Below are positions 1-11,241 of a DNA stretch of 64,000 nt, piece by piece. The notes below the pieces were generated by a model, which ran no database searches, had not been told where the DNA came from, and saw nothing but the letters and a program-made list of their open reading frames with translations. Both the position numbers and the translations under genes were made by a program. The stretch spans positions 128,001 through 192,000 of the forward strand of contig CAWJKZ010000021.1 in NCBI GenBank assembly GCA_963843575.1, given 5' to 3'. Each line of letters starts with the position of its first letter. Position 1 is the stretch's first letter. The stretch is from an uncultured Acidobacteriota bacterium (GTDB taxonomy: Bacteria > Acidobacteriota > UBA6911).

Positions 1-1260
1 GGCATTTCGCTGGCGGACGGCAACTTCATCCGTGTCCAGGCCGCGCCCATCATGCTGACCTGGACCGATCAACAGGGTTCGTTTCCGAGCCCGACGGGCG
101 GCCTGATCTCGTCGTTCAGCTCCTACGGCCTCTCCCCCGATCTCGCGCTGAAGCCCGACATCGGCGCCCCCGGGGGGAACATCTATTCCAGCTACCCGCT
201 CGAACTGGGCGGATACGCCACTTTGAGCGGGACGTCTATGTCGTCACCGCATGTCGCCGGCGCGGCGGCTCTGCTGCTGCAAGCGAAGCCCAAGACTTCG
301 GCGCAGGCGGTGCGCGGAATCCTTCAGAACAGCGCAGTCCCGAAAGCGTGGTGGGCCATTCCAGATTTGGGCTTCCTCGATAACGTCCACCGCCAGGGGG
401 CGGGCATGCTTCAGATCGACAAGGCGATCCTAGCCACCACGAAGATCGAGCCCGCCAAGCTCTCGCTCGGCGAGAGTGAAACTGGCCCGCAGACGCGGAC
501 CCTGACCCTCGAGAACAAGAGCGACTCCGCTGTCACGTACGACCTATCCTCCATAAACGCCCTGTCGACCGGAGACGTGATCACACCGTCGTTCTGGAGT
601 TCTGATGCTTCCGTGGCGTTCAGTTCGCCCAGCGTGACGGTGCCTGCCCACGCCGCAGCCAGCGTGGATGCGATCATCACTGCGCCGACCGGGCCTGACA
701 AGGGTCAGTACGGCGGCTACATCATCTTCACTCCCCAGGGCGGCGGGCAGGTTTACCGCGTGCCGTTCGCCGGCTTCGTCGGTGACTACCAGTCCATCCA
801 GGTTCTCGCTCCTACGGCCAACGGCTTCCCGTGGCTAAGCGTCCTCTACGAGGGCTCCTACTACAAGGTGACGGGTCCATTGGACTGGACCTACACGATG
901 GTCGATGGCGACGTGCCTTACATCCTGGCCCACTTCGATCATCAGGCGCGGAGGCTCGAGATCTCCGTCGTCGACGCCGCGACGTCCAACTCGCTGCATC
1001 CCGTCTTCAGCGACGTAATCACCGAGGATTACCTCCCCAGGAACTCCGCCAGCACGAGTTTCTTTGCCTTCACGTGGGACGGCACCCGGATCCATAGCAA
1101 CGGCTACAACGGTGTCGGCTACACCAAGTACCTGACGAAGCCCGTACCGGACGGGCAATACAAGCTGGTACTAAAAGTGCTAAAGGCACTGGGTGACCCC
1201 CAGAATCCAGCCCACTGGGAGACCTGGACTTCCCCGGTCATCGCCATCGACCGGCCATAG
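1..1260 (+). CDS. S8 (subtilisin-family) serine protease, C-terminal part, 5' truncated by window
   Basis: FSSYG, KPDIGAPGGNIYS and catalytic-Ser motif SGTSMSSPHVAGAAALL, followed by beta-sandwich-like domains. Confidence 0.92.
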   Translation, partial: GISLADGNFIRVQAAPIMLTWTDQQGSFPSPTGGLISSFSSYGLSPDLALKPDIGAPGGNIYSSYPLELGGYATLSGTSMSSPHVAGAAALLLQAKPKTSAQAVRGILQNSAVPKAWWAIPDLGFLDNVHRQGAGMLQIDKAILATTKIEPAKLSLGESETGPQTRTLTLENKSDSAVTYDLSSINALSTGDVITPSFWSSDASVAFSSPSVTVPAHAAASVDAIITAPTGPDKGQYGGYIIFTPQGGGQVYRVPFAGFVGDYQSIQVLAPTANGFPWLSVLYEGSYYKVTGPLDWTYTMVDGDVPYILAHFDHQARRLEISVVDAATSNSLHPVFSDVITEDYLPRNSASTSFFAFTWDGTRIHSNGYNGVGYTKYLTKPVPDGQYKLVLKVLKALGDPQNPAHWETWTSPVIAIDRP

Positions 1261-1285
1261 CGGTCGGGGATCGGCAATGGCACAC

Positions 1286-1327
1286 ACCGGCTGGCGGGCG
1301 ACGACGACCTGCCAGCCGGTTTTTTTT
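1286..1327 (+). terminator. Rho-independent terminator
   Basis: accggctggc...gccagccggt stem followed by a T run, just after the protease stop. Confidence 0.85.
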
Positions 1328-1495
1328 AGAATCGGGTGTTTTCCGTGTCCTCCGGCTTCTTTCCGTGCCCTCCGTGACAAGTTGTTTCTTGTCCCCCGGC
1401 GCTCGAGCTCAGATTCCAGCTCGAGCCGCCGCACTTCGATATTGGCTTGCGACGGGGCGAAGGAAGGTGGAAACTGGCGCCCGGACAGGTTAGCC

Positions 1496-2369
1496 ATGAA
1501 TGCGCACTTTCGTATGGGCCGGCGCGAGTTCCTCGCCGGAACGGTCGCGGCGGGGACGGCGGCGCGCGAGGGCGGCGGCGCCCGCTGCTGAGCGCCGGGA
1601 CCTGGTCATCGACTGCCACTCCCACCTGAGCTTCCGCACGTCCCCGGCCGACGAGGGGGACGAAGCGCAGGTGCTCGAGGCAGCGGACAGGCTGGGGATC
1701 GACCGACTCTGCTGCTCGGTCCTCCCGGCCCGTCCGGCCACGGTGGAAGGCTTTCAGATGGCCAACCGTGTGATGGCCGCGGCCCACAAGCGGCATCCCG
1801 ACCGGTTCCTGGGCTACTGCTTCGTCAACCCCGGCTGCGGCGCGGCGGCGGTGGAGGAGATCCGCCGCTGCCTGGACCAGCCGGGGTTCATCGGGGTGAA
1901 GCTCTACAACGAACACCTGTGCACCGACCCGGTGGTGTTCCCGGTCGTCGAGCTTGCGATCGAGTTGCGCGTCCCGATCCTGCACCACGCGGGCCACTCG
2001 CACTACGCCGTTACCGACCAGCCGAACATGTCCGACGGCGGCCACCTGGCCGCGCTGGCCGCGCGCTACCCGGAAGCCCGGCTGATCTGCGCCCACGTCG
2101 GCGGCGGGGGCGACTGGGAGTGGACCATCAAGGCGCTGCGGCACGCCGGGAGCGTCTATCTCGACACCAGCGGCAGCGTGGTCGACGAGGCGATGGTCGA
2201 CATGGCCGCCGCGGTCCTGACCCCGGACCGGCTGCTGTTTGGCTGCGACATGTCCTGGACCGCCGGGGTCGGCAAGATCCGCGCGGCCCGGCTGACCGCC
2301 GCGGACCGGCGCAAGGTCCTCGGCGGCAACATGCGGCGGCTCCTGGCCGAGAGGGGAGCGCGCGCATGA
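1496..2369 (+). CDS. Amidohydrolase_2-family metallohydrolase with Tat signal (one frameshift near 1560-1590)
   Basis: ATG 1496 gives MNAHFRMGRREFLAG (twin-Arg); the other frame continues with DCHSH, KLY, HHAGH, AHVGGG, DTSGS and FGCD. Confidence 0.8.
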
Positions 2370-3148
2370 TCGTCGACACGAACGCCTATCTCGGCCCGTA
2401 CGCCTTCCGTCAGCTCCGGCACAATACCCCCGCAGGGCTGCTGAGCCTGATGGATGCCAAAGGCATCGGCAGGGCCTGGGTCTCCAGCGCCGCGGCGATC
2501 GCTTACCGCAACGTCCAGCCCGCCAACGAGGAGCTGGGCCGGGCCGTGCGGCAGTTCCGCGACCGTCTCGTCCCGCTGGCGGTGATCAATCCGTTCTACA
2601 GCGGGTGGCGCGACGATCTGGCCGCGTGCGTCGAGCAGTTCGGGATGAAGGGGCTCCGGCTCTATCCCCGTTGGCACAATTACCGCCTCACCGACGGCTG
2701 CTGCCTGGACGCGATCGACGCCGCAACGGCGCTCGGGCTGTTCGTCACCCTACCGTTGCGCGTCGAAGACTACCGGCAGCGCAGCTGGCTGGTGGACGTG
2801 AAAGACTTGACCCCGGCGGACGTTGAGCCGTTGATCCGGGCCAGGCCGCATGCCCGGTTCGTGCTGTTGAATGGATCGGGCTACACCGCGTCGGCATTGG
2901 GCCGCAGGGACGGCGACCTGCCGGCCAATTACTGGATAGAGATCTCGCGGCTCAGCGCCCTGATGGCCAACGAGATCGGCGCCCTGATCGGCGCGCTGGG
3001 CGCGGGCCGCGTCGTCTTCGGCACGGGCATGCCCTTCAACGCGCCCGACCCTGCGCTGGTCAAGATCGAAGCCCTCCGGTTGAGCCGGGGCGATGCGGAC
3101 CTCATCCTCGGGCGGAACGCGTCGCGGATCGAAGAGCTGAAGCCTTGA
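2366..3148 (+). CDS. Amidohydrolase-fold protein with degenerate metal site
   Basis: ATGA overlap with upstream gene; MIVDTNAY, GLRLYP and VVFGTGMPF; HxH and catalytic Asp are missing. Confidence 0.8.
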   Translation: MIVDTNAYLGPYAFRQLRHNTPAGLLSLMDAKGIGRAWVSSAAAIAYRNVQPANEELGRAVRQFRDRLVPLAVINPFYSGWRDDLAACVEQFGMKGLRLYPRWHNYRLTDGCCLDAIDAATALGLFVTLPLRVEDYRQRSWLVDVKDLTPADVEPLIRARPHARFVLLNGSGYTASALGRRDGDLPANYWIEISRLSALMANEIGALIGALGAGRVVFGTGMPFNAPDPALVKIEALRLSRGDADLILGRNASRIEELKP

Positions 3149-3188
3149 CTCACTTCGAAGGCGCAAAGGGCTCGAAGAATCTCGAAGG
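3149..3188 (+). repeat. Intergenic repeat family B copy (CTCAC...CTCGAAG units)
   Basis: ctcacttcgaaggcgcaaagggctcgaagaatctcgaagg, matching copies at 5902, 8867, 22446, 27126 and 54208. Confidence 0.8.
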
Positions 3189-3235
3189 TCGGGTGTATCA
3201 TCGCCCGGTCATCCAGTCACAACGAGGAGCCGCGT

Positions 3236-4510
3236 ATGAACAGTCGTAGGACATTTCTCATTGCTGCCGGCGGAACGATCCTGTCGAGCGCCGTCAAGGG
3301 TAAGGCTTCCGCGAGCGACAAGGTTCGGGTCGCCGTCCTGGGGGTGAACGGACGGGGGACGGACCACATCGAGGGGATTCAGGAGCAGCCGGATGCGGAG
3401 GTCGTGCTGCTGTGCGATCCCGACAGCGAGGTTTCCGCGCGCCGTGCGGCGGAGTTCGAGAAGAAATACGGACGAAAGGTCGAGACGGCGGTCGATCTGC
3501 GGAAGGTTTTCGAAAGGAAAGACATCGACGCCGTGACGGTGGCTACCCCCAATCACTGGCACTCGCTGGCGACGATCTGGGCGTGCCAGGCGGGGAAGGA
3601 CGTCTACGTCGAGAAGCCCGGCTCGCACAATATTTTCGAAGGGCGCAAGATGGTGGAGGCGGCCGCCCGGTATAAGCGGATCGTCCAGCACGGTGTTCAG
3701 CTGCGCAGTTCCGAGGCCGTGCGCGAGGCGATCGGGTTGTTGCGCAAGGGGGTGATCGGGCGGGTATACATGGCCCGCGGGCTGGTGTTCCGCTGGCGGC
3801 CGGACATAGGGAAGAAACCGGTCGAGCCGGTCCCGGCGAACCTCGACTACAACCTCTGGACCGGACCGGCCCAGATGCAGCCGTTCTCGCGCAGGTTGGT
3901 GCACTACAACTGGCACTGGACGTGGGAGTACGGCAACGGCGACGTCGGCAACCAGGGGATTCACGAAACCGATCTGTGCATGTGGGGTCTCGATGTCGGG
4001 TTGCCGGACAAGATCACGGCGATGGGGGGCAAGTTCACCTTTGACGACGACAAGGAAACGCCCGAGGTGTTGAGCTCCGTCTATCACTACCCCCGGGAGA
4101 AGAAAATCATCCAGTTCGAAGTCCGCCACTGGTGCACGAACAACGAGGACGAGGTCGGTGTAGGCAACATCTTCTACGGCACCGAAGGCTACATGCTGAT
4201 CAAGGGGTACGACACCTACGAGGTCTACCTCGGCCAGAAAAAGGAGAAGGGGCCGGCGCGCAAGGCGGGCGGAAGCCACTACGCCAACTTCATCAAGGCG
4301 ATCAAGAGCCGCAACACCGCGGACCAGAACGGCCCGGTGGAAACGGCGCACCTCTCTTCGGCCCTGGCGCACCTGGGCAACATCGCCTTCCGGCTCGGCC
4401 GGGTCCTGACGTTCAACCCGAAGACGGAGAAATTCGTCGGTGACGCCGAAGCCGACGGGATGCTGGCGCGCCGCTACCGGGCGCCGTTCGTCGTCCCCGA
4501 CAAGGTGTAG
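3236..4510 (+). CDS. Gfo/Idh/MocA family oxidoreductase, Tat signal
   Basis: SRRTFL signal, ATPNHWH, GKDVYVEKP and NQGIHETD motifs. Confidence 0.92.
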   Translation: MNSRRTFLIAAGGTILSSAVKGKASASDKVRVAVLGVNGRGTDHIEGIQEQPDAEVVLLCDPDSEVSARRAAEFEKKYGRKVETAVDLRKVFERKDIDAVTVATPNHWHSLATIWACQAGKDVYVEKPGSHNIFEGRKMVEAAARYKRIVQHGVQLRSSEAVREAIGLLRKGVIGRVYMARGLVFRWRPDIGKKPVEPVPANLDYNLWTGPAQMQPFSRRLVHYNWHWTWEYGNGDVGNQGIHETDLCMWGLDVGLPDKITAMGGKFTFDDDKETPEVLSSVYHYPREKKIIQFEVRHWCTNNEDEVGVGNIFYGTEGYMLIKGYDTYEVYLGQKKEKGPARKAGGSHYANFIKAIKSRNTADQNGPVETAHLSSALAHLGNIAFRLGRVLTFNPKTEKFVGDAEADGMLARRYRAPFVVPDKV

Positions 4511-4591
4511 TAGGCCGCGGCGGCCCGACGCGGCCCCGGGATGCTGCCAATCCAAGTGGGGCGGGGTCGGGCCGCCCCCGCCCGCGCGATC

Positions 4592-5893
4592 CTACAGGGC
4601 AAAATCCTTCTCGATGACCGTAATGTGATCGTGTCCGCCGCGGATGGGGACGGTCTTGAGCCCGCGTTTCTCGTCCTCGGCGCGGTCGTAGCCGACTGAG
4701 GTGTGTTCCGAGAGCCTCACGTTCTTGTCGATGATCGTGTTGCGCACGCGGCAGCCGCGGCCGATGTCGGTTTCGGTGACGATCCCGGCCCGCAGCGAGC
4801 CGCCGAGGAGGACCGAGTTCTCGATCAGCGCGTGGCTGTGGACGTACACGCCGCAGCCGAGCACGGAGTTGCGCACCGTGGCGCCGCTGACGATCACGCC
4901 GTCGGCGACCATGGAGTTGATCGCCGCGCCCGTCCGTCCGGGGATCTCGTGCACGAACTTGGCCGGCGGGAAGTAGTGGGGGGCGCAGAAGAGCGCAAAG
5001 CGCTCGCTGTAGACGTTGAATCTCGGCGCGGGCTGCACGAGGTCCAGGTTCGCCAGCCAGTACTGCTCCAGCGTCCCCACGTCGCGCCAGTAGTCGCAGT
5101 CGCTGGCCACCGGCACCAACTCTTTCTGCCACACGCCGTCGCGCGTCACGTACTCCCACTCCGGGAACTTGTTGCGGGCCGTGAAGTCGTAGGCATACAC
5201 GGGCATCCCTTCCTTCAGCAGGAGGGGGATGACGTGCTTGCCGAAATCGGCCAGGTCGTTGGCCAGCGACTTCTGGAGGAAGTCGGCGTCGAAGAGATAG
5301 ATGCCCATCGACGCCAGGCACTCGTCCGTGCCGGGGATGGTCTTGGGCTCCTTCGGTTTCTCCTCGAAACCGACGATGCGCCCGTCGGCGTCGACCTCCA
5401 TCACCCCGAAATTCTCGCTCGCCTCGTCGGCCCGCACCCGCACGCACGCGACCGTCAGGCTGGCGCGCCGGTCGTGGTGGTAGTTCTGGAGCAGCCTGTA
5501 GTCCATTTTGTAGATGTGGTCGCCGGAAAGGATGAGCACGAACCGGGGCTGCTTCTGCTCGATGAAGTTCATGTTCTGGCGGATGGCGTCCGCCGTCCCC
5601 TGGTACCAGTTGTTGCCGAGCTGCTGCTGGGCCGGCACCTCGTCGATGAAGTGGTCGAACCGCCTGCTGAGCATGTTCCAGCCCGTCTTCAGGTGGTTCG
5701 ACAGGGAGTATGACTTGTACTGGGTGAGGACGTACATCCGCCTGACCCCCGAATTCACGCAGTTGGAGAGCGTGAAGTCGATGATCCGGAAAATACCCCC
5801 GAAGGGGACCGCGGGCTTGGCGCGCACGTCGGTGAGCGGCCTCAGGCGCTCACCCTGCCCACCTGCCATCACGAACGCCAGAGTCTCTTCCAT
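4592..5893 (-). CDS. glgC: Glucose-1-phosphate adenylyltransferase
   Basis: [52 protein letters not shown] and a C-terminal beta-helix. Confidence 0.95.
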   Translation of the reverse strand: MEETLAFVMAGGQGERLRPLTDVRAKPAVPFGGIFRIIDFTLSNCVNSGVRRMYVLTQYKSYSLSNHLKTGWNMLSRRFDHFIDEVPAQQQLGNNWYQGTADAIRQNMNFIEQKQPRFVLILSGDHIYKMDYRLLQNYHHDRRASLTVACVRVRADEASENFGVMEVDADGRIVGFEEKPKEPKTIPGTDECLASMGIYLFDADFLQKSLANDLADFGKHVIPLLLKEGMPVYAYDFTARNKFPEWEYVTRDGVWQKELVPVASDCDYWRDVGTLEQYWLANLDLVQPAPRFNVYSERFALFCAPHYFPPAKFVHEIPGRTGAAINSMVADGVIVSGATVRNSVLGCGVYVHSHALIENSVLLGGSLRAGIVTETDIGRGCRVRNTIIDKNVRLSEHTSVGYDRAEDEKRGLKTVPIRGGHDHITVIEKDFAL

Positions 5894-5901
5894 GAGCCGA
5901 T

Positions 5902-5968
5902 CCTTCGAGATTCCTCGAGGCCTTGGAGCCTTCGAGGTGAGCTTTAAGACCCGCCTCGAAGGCTCCAA
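5902..5968. repeat. Repeat family B, inverted doublet
   Basis: ccttcgagattcctcgaggccttggagccttcgaggtgag ... cctcgaaggctccaa. Confidence 0.8.
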
Positions 5969-5974
5969 CCAGAG

Positions 5975-7276
<1,302 letters not shown>

Positions 7277-7297
7277 GTGCTGGAACTCCTTGGATTC

Positions 7298-7476
7298 GTA
7301 CTAATGTCCACAAATACGCTAACGTATTACTCTGGACGCGGATGCGCGCGGATCCCCGCGGATCGACCGAGCGGATCCGCGTAAATCCGTTGGATCCGCG
7401 GAATCTGCGTTCTGTTTTGGCTTTTGTCTTTCATTGCCCGTGTTGTTCTGCGTCCTGAAAAATACGTCGGCGTACT
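7298..7476. repeat. Repeat family A: MITE/REP-like element with 10-bp-period CGCGGAT / ATCCGCG arrays
   Basis: cgcggat at 7337, 7347 and 7357, inverted units at 7375-7409; both ends carry GCGTCC..AATACGT..GCGTA..GTAC in inverted orientation. Confidence 0.75.
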
Positions 7477-8798
7477 TATGAGACTGTGTACTTCGCCAGC
7501 TTCTTTACGAGCACTTTTGACCTGCGGCCGCTTTGTTCGTAGGCCTCCCGTCGCGCGGGCGGCAGGTCGTCCGGCGAGCCCTCGATGAAGCCGAGTTTGC
7601 TCTGGAAATAGGTGAACGCCTGTGTCGAAAGGGCGATGAGTTCCCCGGTGCCGGTTTCGCGAGCCTTGTCTTCGAGGAAATTCACGAGCGTCCGGCCGAT
7701 CCCCTGGTTTTCGTGCGACGGGCGGACGAACAGGTGGGCGATTTCCGCTTTGCCCTCCTCGGGGTAGGAGTGAAGCGCCACGCAGGCGACGGGGTTCCGG
7801 TCGATCTCGAACAGGTAGTAGTCCCCCAGCTGTTTTTCGATGACGGCGCGGCTGCGCTTGACCAGCTCCTCGGCATCCATCGACTTCTGGGTGAGCATGA
7901 GGATGCTGCGGATGTCCCGTTTCACGGCGCGCCGGATCTGCTGGTACTCGTTGGCGTAGATGAGCGTGCCGATGCCTTCGTTCGAGAACACTTCGGCCAG
8001 CAGCCCTTCGTCGACCAGGCCGTTGATGATGTGGACGCGCTGCACCCCGGCGCGGCAGGCGAGCGCGGCGTGCTGCGCCTTGGAGAGTTGCGGCGCGGGG
8101 ATGTCGTCCTTGTCCCTCTGCAGCAGGGCCTCGAGGTCCCCCACGATCATCTGGCGGACGAGCCTGCCGCGACAGACGATGCCGTCATGTGTGGTGACGA
8201 AAACGAGTTTGATGGCCTTGAGCGCCTCGGCCACGGCGAGCGCGATGCCGTCGGAGTTCACCCGGTAGGTCTTGCCGTCGCCGTCGAAGCCGAGCGGAGC
8301 CAGTACCGGCGTGATGCCCTGCGCCAGCAGGGTCTGCAGCATCTCCGTGTCGACGCGCTCCACCTTGCCGGTGTAGAGGTGGTCGACGCCCCCGATGATC
8401 CCCACGGGATAGGCGGTGATCACGTTGGCGTAGGCCGCGCGCAGGTCGTTGGCGAACAGGCCTTCGAGGATTTCGTGGGTGAGCCGGTTGGCGGCGGTCA
8501 GGGCGAGTCTGAGGGTGGCCTCGTCGGTCACGCCGGCGCCCTCGAGGTCGGAGGGGAAAAATCCCTGTTCGGCGGCCAGGGCCCGGATCTGCGCCGATGC
8601 CCCGTGCACGATCACGACCCGGATGTTCAGCGACCTCAGGACGGCGACGTCGAGCAGCAGGTTGGAAAAGTTCTCGTGGGTGACGACACCCCCGTCGATG
8701 CTGAGAATGAAGGCCTTTTCCCGAAAGTGAGGGATATAGCGGAGAATGCCCCGCAGGTCCGCGGGCCTCCATGTGGATCGTTCGTCGTTCTCTGGCAT
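7476..8798 (-). CDS. argA: Amino-acid N-acetyltransferase (N-acetylglutamate synthase)
   Basis: N-terminal amino-acid-kinase-like domain (VIVHGA, VNSD, RVHIING, EVFSNEGIGT) fused to a GNAT domain (QGIGR, ERGS-like RRSKV end). Confidence 0.9.
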   Translation of the reverse strand: MPENDERSTWRPADLRGILRYIPHFREKAFILSIDGGVVTHENFSNLLLDVAVLRSLNIRVVIVHGASAQIRALAAEQGFFPSDLEGAGVTDEATLRLALTAANRLTHEILEGLFANDLRAAYANVITAYPVGIIGGVDHLYTGKVERVDTEMLQTLLAQGITPVLAPLGFDGDGKTYRVNSDGIALAVAEALKAIKLVFVTTHDGIVCRGRLVRQMIVGDLEALLQRDKDDIPAPQLSKAQHAALACRAGVQRVHIINGLVDEGLLAEVFSNEGIGTLIYANEYQQIRRAVKRDIRSILMLTQKSMDAEELVKRSRAVIEKQLGDYYLFEIDRNPVACVALHSYPEEGKAEIAHLFVRPSHENQGIGRTLVNFLEDKARETGTGELIALSTQAFTYFQSKLGFIEGSPDDLPPARREAYEQSGRRSKVLVKKLAKYTVS

Positions 8799-8829
8799 GA
8801 TGTGCGATCTTACGCCAGAACGGTCCACA

Positions 8830-8905
8830 CTTCGAGTCCTTCGAGCCATCGAGGTCCGCTTTGAAACTCACCGCGAAGGCTCGAAGGGCTCGAAGGATCT
8901 CGAAG
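8830..8905. repeat. Repeat family B, inverted doublet
   Basis: cttcgagtccttcgagccatcgaggt ... ctcaccgcgaaggctcgaagggctcgaaggatctcgaag. Confidence 0.8.
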
Positions 8906-8976
8906 TCGGGTTTGTGCTTGTCATGCCGGGCGTGCGAGACTACGCTTTAGAGCGCCTTTTAACGGAAAGGACCGTC

Positions 8977-9786
8977 ATGCGCTTCATCGCCCTGTTCGGA
9001 TTTCTCGCCGCGGCAGTCGCTGCCGCGGCCCAGGTCCCTACTGCCGCCCCTGGCCCGATACCGCCGCCACCCGACGTCGCCGCCGCCCCGGACGACGCCG
9101 TGAAAACGGCGTCGGGCCTCGCCTCGAAGGTGCTTGCCTCCGGCAGCGGGAAGGAGCATCCGGCGTCCGACGACGTCGTGACCGTGAACTATACGGGGTG
9201 GACCACCGACGGCAAGATGTTTGACAGCTCGATCGCGCGCGGGCGCCCCTCGATCTTCGGACTGGACCGCGTCATCCCCGGCTGGGGCGAAGCGGTCCAG
9301 CTGATGGTGGAGGGCGAGAAGCGCCGGGTCTGGATACCCGAGCAGCTGGCTTACAAGGGCAAAGAGGGGCGTCCGAAGGGGCTGCTGGTCTTCGAGATAG
9401 AGTTGATCAGCTTCAGCCCGTCGCCGACCAGGGCTCCCGCCGACGTCAAGCAGCCGCCAAAGGACGCCAGCCGCACCGTGAGCGGGCTCGCCTACAAATC
9501 CCTGCAGGCCGGTACCGGGACCCAGCATCCCCGGCGCAGCAGCACGGTCACCGTCCATTACACCGGCTGGACGACCAACGGCAAGATGTTCGACAGCTCG
9601 GTGGTGCGCGGTCAGCCGGCCACCTTCTCATTGGACAAGGTCATTGCCGGATGGACCGAAGGTGTGCAGCTGATGGTCGAGGGTCAGAAGATGCGCTTCT
9701 GGATCCCGGAAGAGATCGCCTACAGGGGGCAGCAGCCCCCGTACGGCATGCTCGTGTTCGACATCGAACTAATCAAGATCCAGTAG
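8977..9786 (+). CDS. Secreted FKBP-type peptidyl-prolyl isomerase with two FKBP domains
   Basis: Signal peptide MRFIALFGFLAAAVAAAA; two copies of YTGWTTxGKMFDSS...VIxGW...GxLVFxIEL. Confidence 0.95.
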   Translation: MRFIALFGFLAAAVAAAAQVPTAAPGPIPPPPDVAAAPDDAVKTASGLASKVLASGSGKEHPASDDVVTVNYTGWTTDGKMFDSSIARGRPSIFGLDRVIPGWGEAVQLMVEGEKRRVWIPEQLAYKGKEGRPKGLLVFEIELISFSPSPTRAPADVKQPPKDASRTVSGLAYKSLQAGTGTQHPRRSSTVTVHYTGWTTNGKMFDSSVVRGQPATFSLDKVIAGWTEGVQLMVEGQKMRFWIPEEIAYRGQQPPYGMLVFDIELIKIQ

Positions 9787-9835
9787 CCGCCGCCACTCAA
9801 GCGGGTCCGGGCTTCAGAGGCTGTCCAGCGGTTGA

Positions 9836-9970
9836 TCGTGAAGTGCGGCGGCTCGACGCCACCAAAGGCCGAGGTCGCAGGGTCGCATCCCGCAATTCGG
9901 TGTGGCGCCGAGGCGCCGAGCATTCCTGCCGTAGGACGTAAGCGAAAGCGGCGCCGAGGCGCCGCACTCC
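9836..9970. repeat. REP-like repeat family D (AGTGCGGCG...CGCC) inverted cluster between convergent genes
   Basis: gaagtgcggcggctcgacgcc at about 9840 and aaagcggcgccgaggcgccgcactcc at 9945-9970; related inverted copy at about 1418-1440. Confidence 0.6.
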
Positions 9971-9978
9971 AGATTACT

Positions 9979-11010
9979 TCAGTCCGGGACCATGACGGCC
10001 TTGACGATCGGCAGGCTCCCCTCGACGGCGGCGGTCAGTATCTTCCTGGCATCCGCAAAACCGAAGGTGTGGGTGATCAGGGCGCGGCCGTCCACGAGGC
10101 CGTCCTTGAGCAGGCGGTTCGAGACGGGGAAATTGATCGCGGGCTCGGCGAAGGTCGGTTTCAGCGTGATCTTGCGGAAGACGAGGTCATTGACGTCGAC
10201 GTTGATCGTGCTCTTGCCGCCCAGGTGCAGGCCGAAGAAGTTGACCATGCCCCCGAACCGGACGATCTTCAGCGCGTCGACCAGGCTCTCGGGCGGAGAA
10301 CTCACGATGACCCGGTCCACCCCGTCCGGGAAGCGCTTCCTGATCTCCTCCTCGACGTCCTGCCTGCCGGTCTCGATGAACAGCTCGCAGCCGAACTGCG
10401 CGGCCAGGGCGCGGCGCGCCCGTCCGCGCTCGTTTTCGACCGAAGTCCCGATCATGGCGACAAACCCGGCTCCGCGCAACCTGGCTACCCTGGCGCACAT
10501 CAGGCCCAGCGGCCCGGGACCCATGACCACGACGCTGCCGCCGAGCGGGATTTCTGATCCCAGGACGGCCGTGAGGCTCACGGCCAGCGGTTCGGTCAGG
10601 CACGCCGAGGCGTAGTCGAGCCCGTCGAACTTGACGAGCGAGTTGAAGCGGACCGACATGTACTGCCCCATGCCGGGCTGTCCTTCCATGTTGAAGAGGT
10701 TCCGGCAGAACTCCGGATGTCCCGCCTTGCAGTTGTCGCAGACGCCGCACATGGTGCAGTCCTCGACGATGACTCGGTCCCCGGGTTTGACGTGGGTGAC
10801 TCGCCTGCCCACCTCGAGCACCTCGGCGGCGATTTCGTGGCCGAGGGGCATGGGATCACCCTCCCAGTCGCGCACGAAATTCAGGTCGGTACCGCACACG
10901 CCGCACGCTCGTATCCGCACGGTGACGTGGTTTTCGTCGGGCGGGGCGATTTCCGTTTCCTGCTCCCGGATCTCCAGCAACCTCCGGCCCCAGAGTCCTT
11001 TGCTTTTCAC
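9979..11010 (-). CDS. Zinc-dependent alcohol/sugar dehydrogenase (MDR family)
   Basis: CGVCGTD, LGHE, CGVCDNC...C structural Zn and GPGPLG; GTG start with GGAGG RBS. Confidence 0.92.
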   Translation of the reverse strand: MKSKGLWGRRLLEIREQETEIAPPDENHVTVRIRACGVCGTDLNFVRDWEGDPMPLGHEIAAEVLEVGRRVTHVKPGDRVIVEDCTMCGVCDNCKAGHPEFCRNLFNMEGQPGMGQYMSVRFNSLVKFDGLDYASACLTEPLAVSLTAVLGSEIPLGGSVVVMGPGPLGLMCARVARLRGAGFVAMIGTSVENERGRARRALAAQFGCELFIETGRQDVEEEIRKRFPDGVDRVIVSSPPESLVDALKIVRFGGMVNFFGLHLGGKSTINVDVNDLVFRKITLKPTFAEPAINFPVSNRLLKDGLVDGRALITHTFGFADARKILTAAVEGSLPIVKAVMVPD

Positions 11011-11241
11011 CGTGTCCTCCGCAGCCGCCCGGCTAGGGCTCTCTCCCTTGAGGGCGCGCTTTTCGCACACGCTAGCATGGCGACATTCGAATTGCCACAC
11101 TTCCTGGGATCGGTGGCCGCGCCGTTGGGCCCCCCCGGTTTAAAGCACGCTGATCTGGCTCTCGAGATTGACTACGGCCGCAACTGCGGCAAAATCCACG
11201 ATCCCCGGCGACACTCCATCGCATGCTGCTGTGTGACCGCT

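Noticed and set aside
7337-7409. CRISPR array or iteron origin interpretation of the CGCGGAT arrays
   Set aside because: Units are 7 bp with 2-3 bp gaps and switch orientation; there are no unique spacers, cas genes or rep gene.
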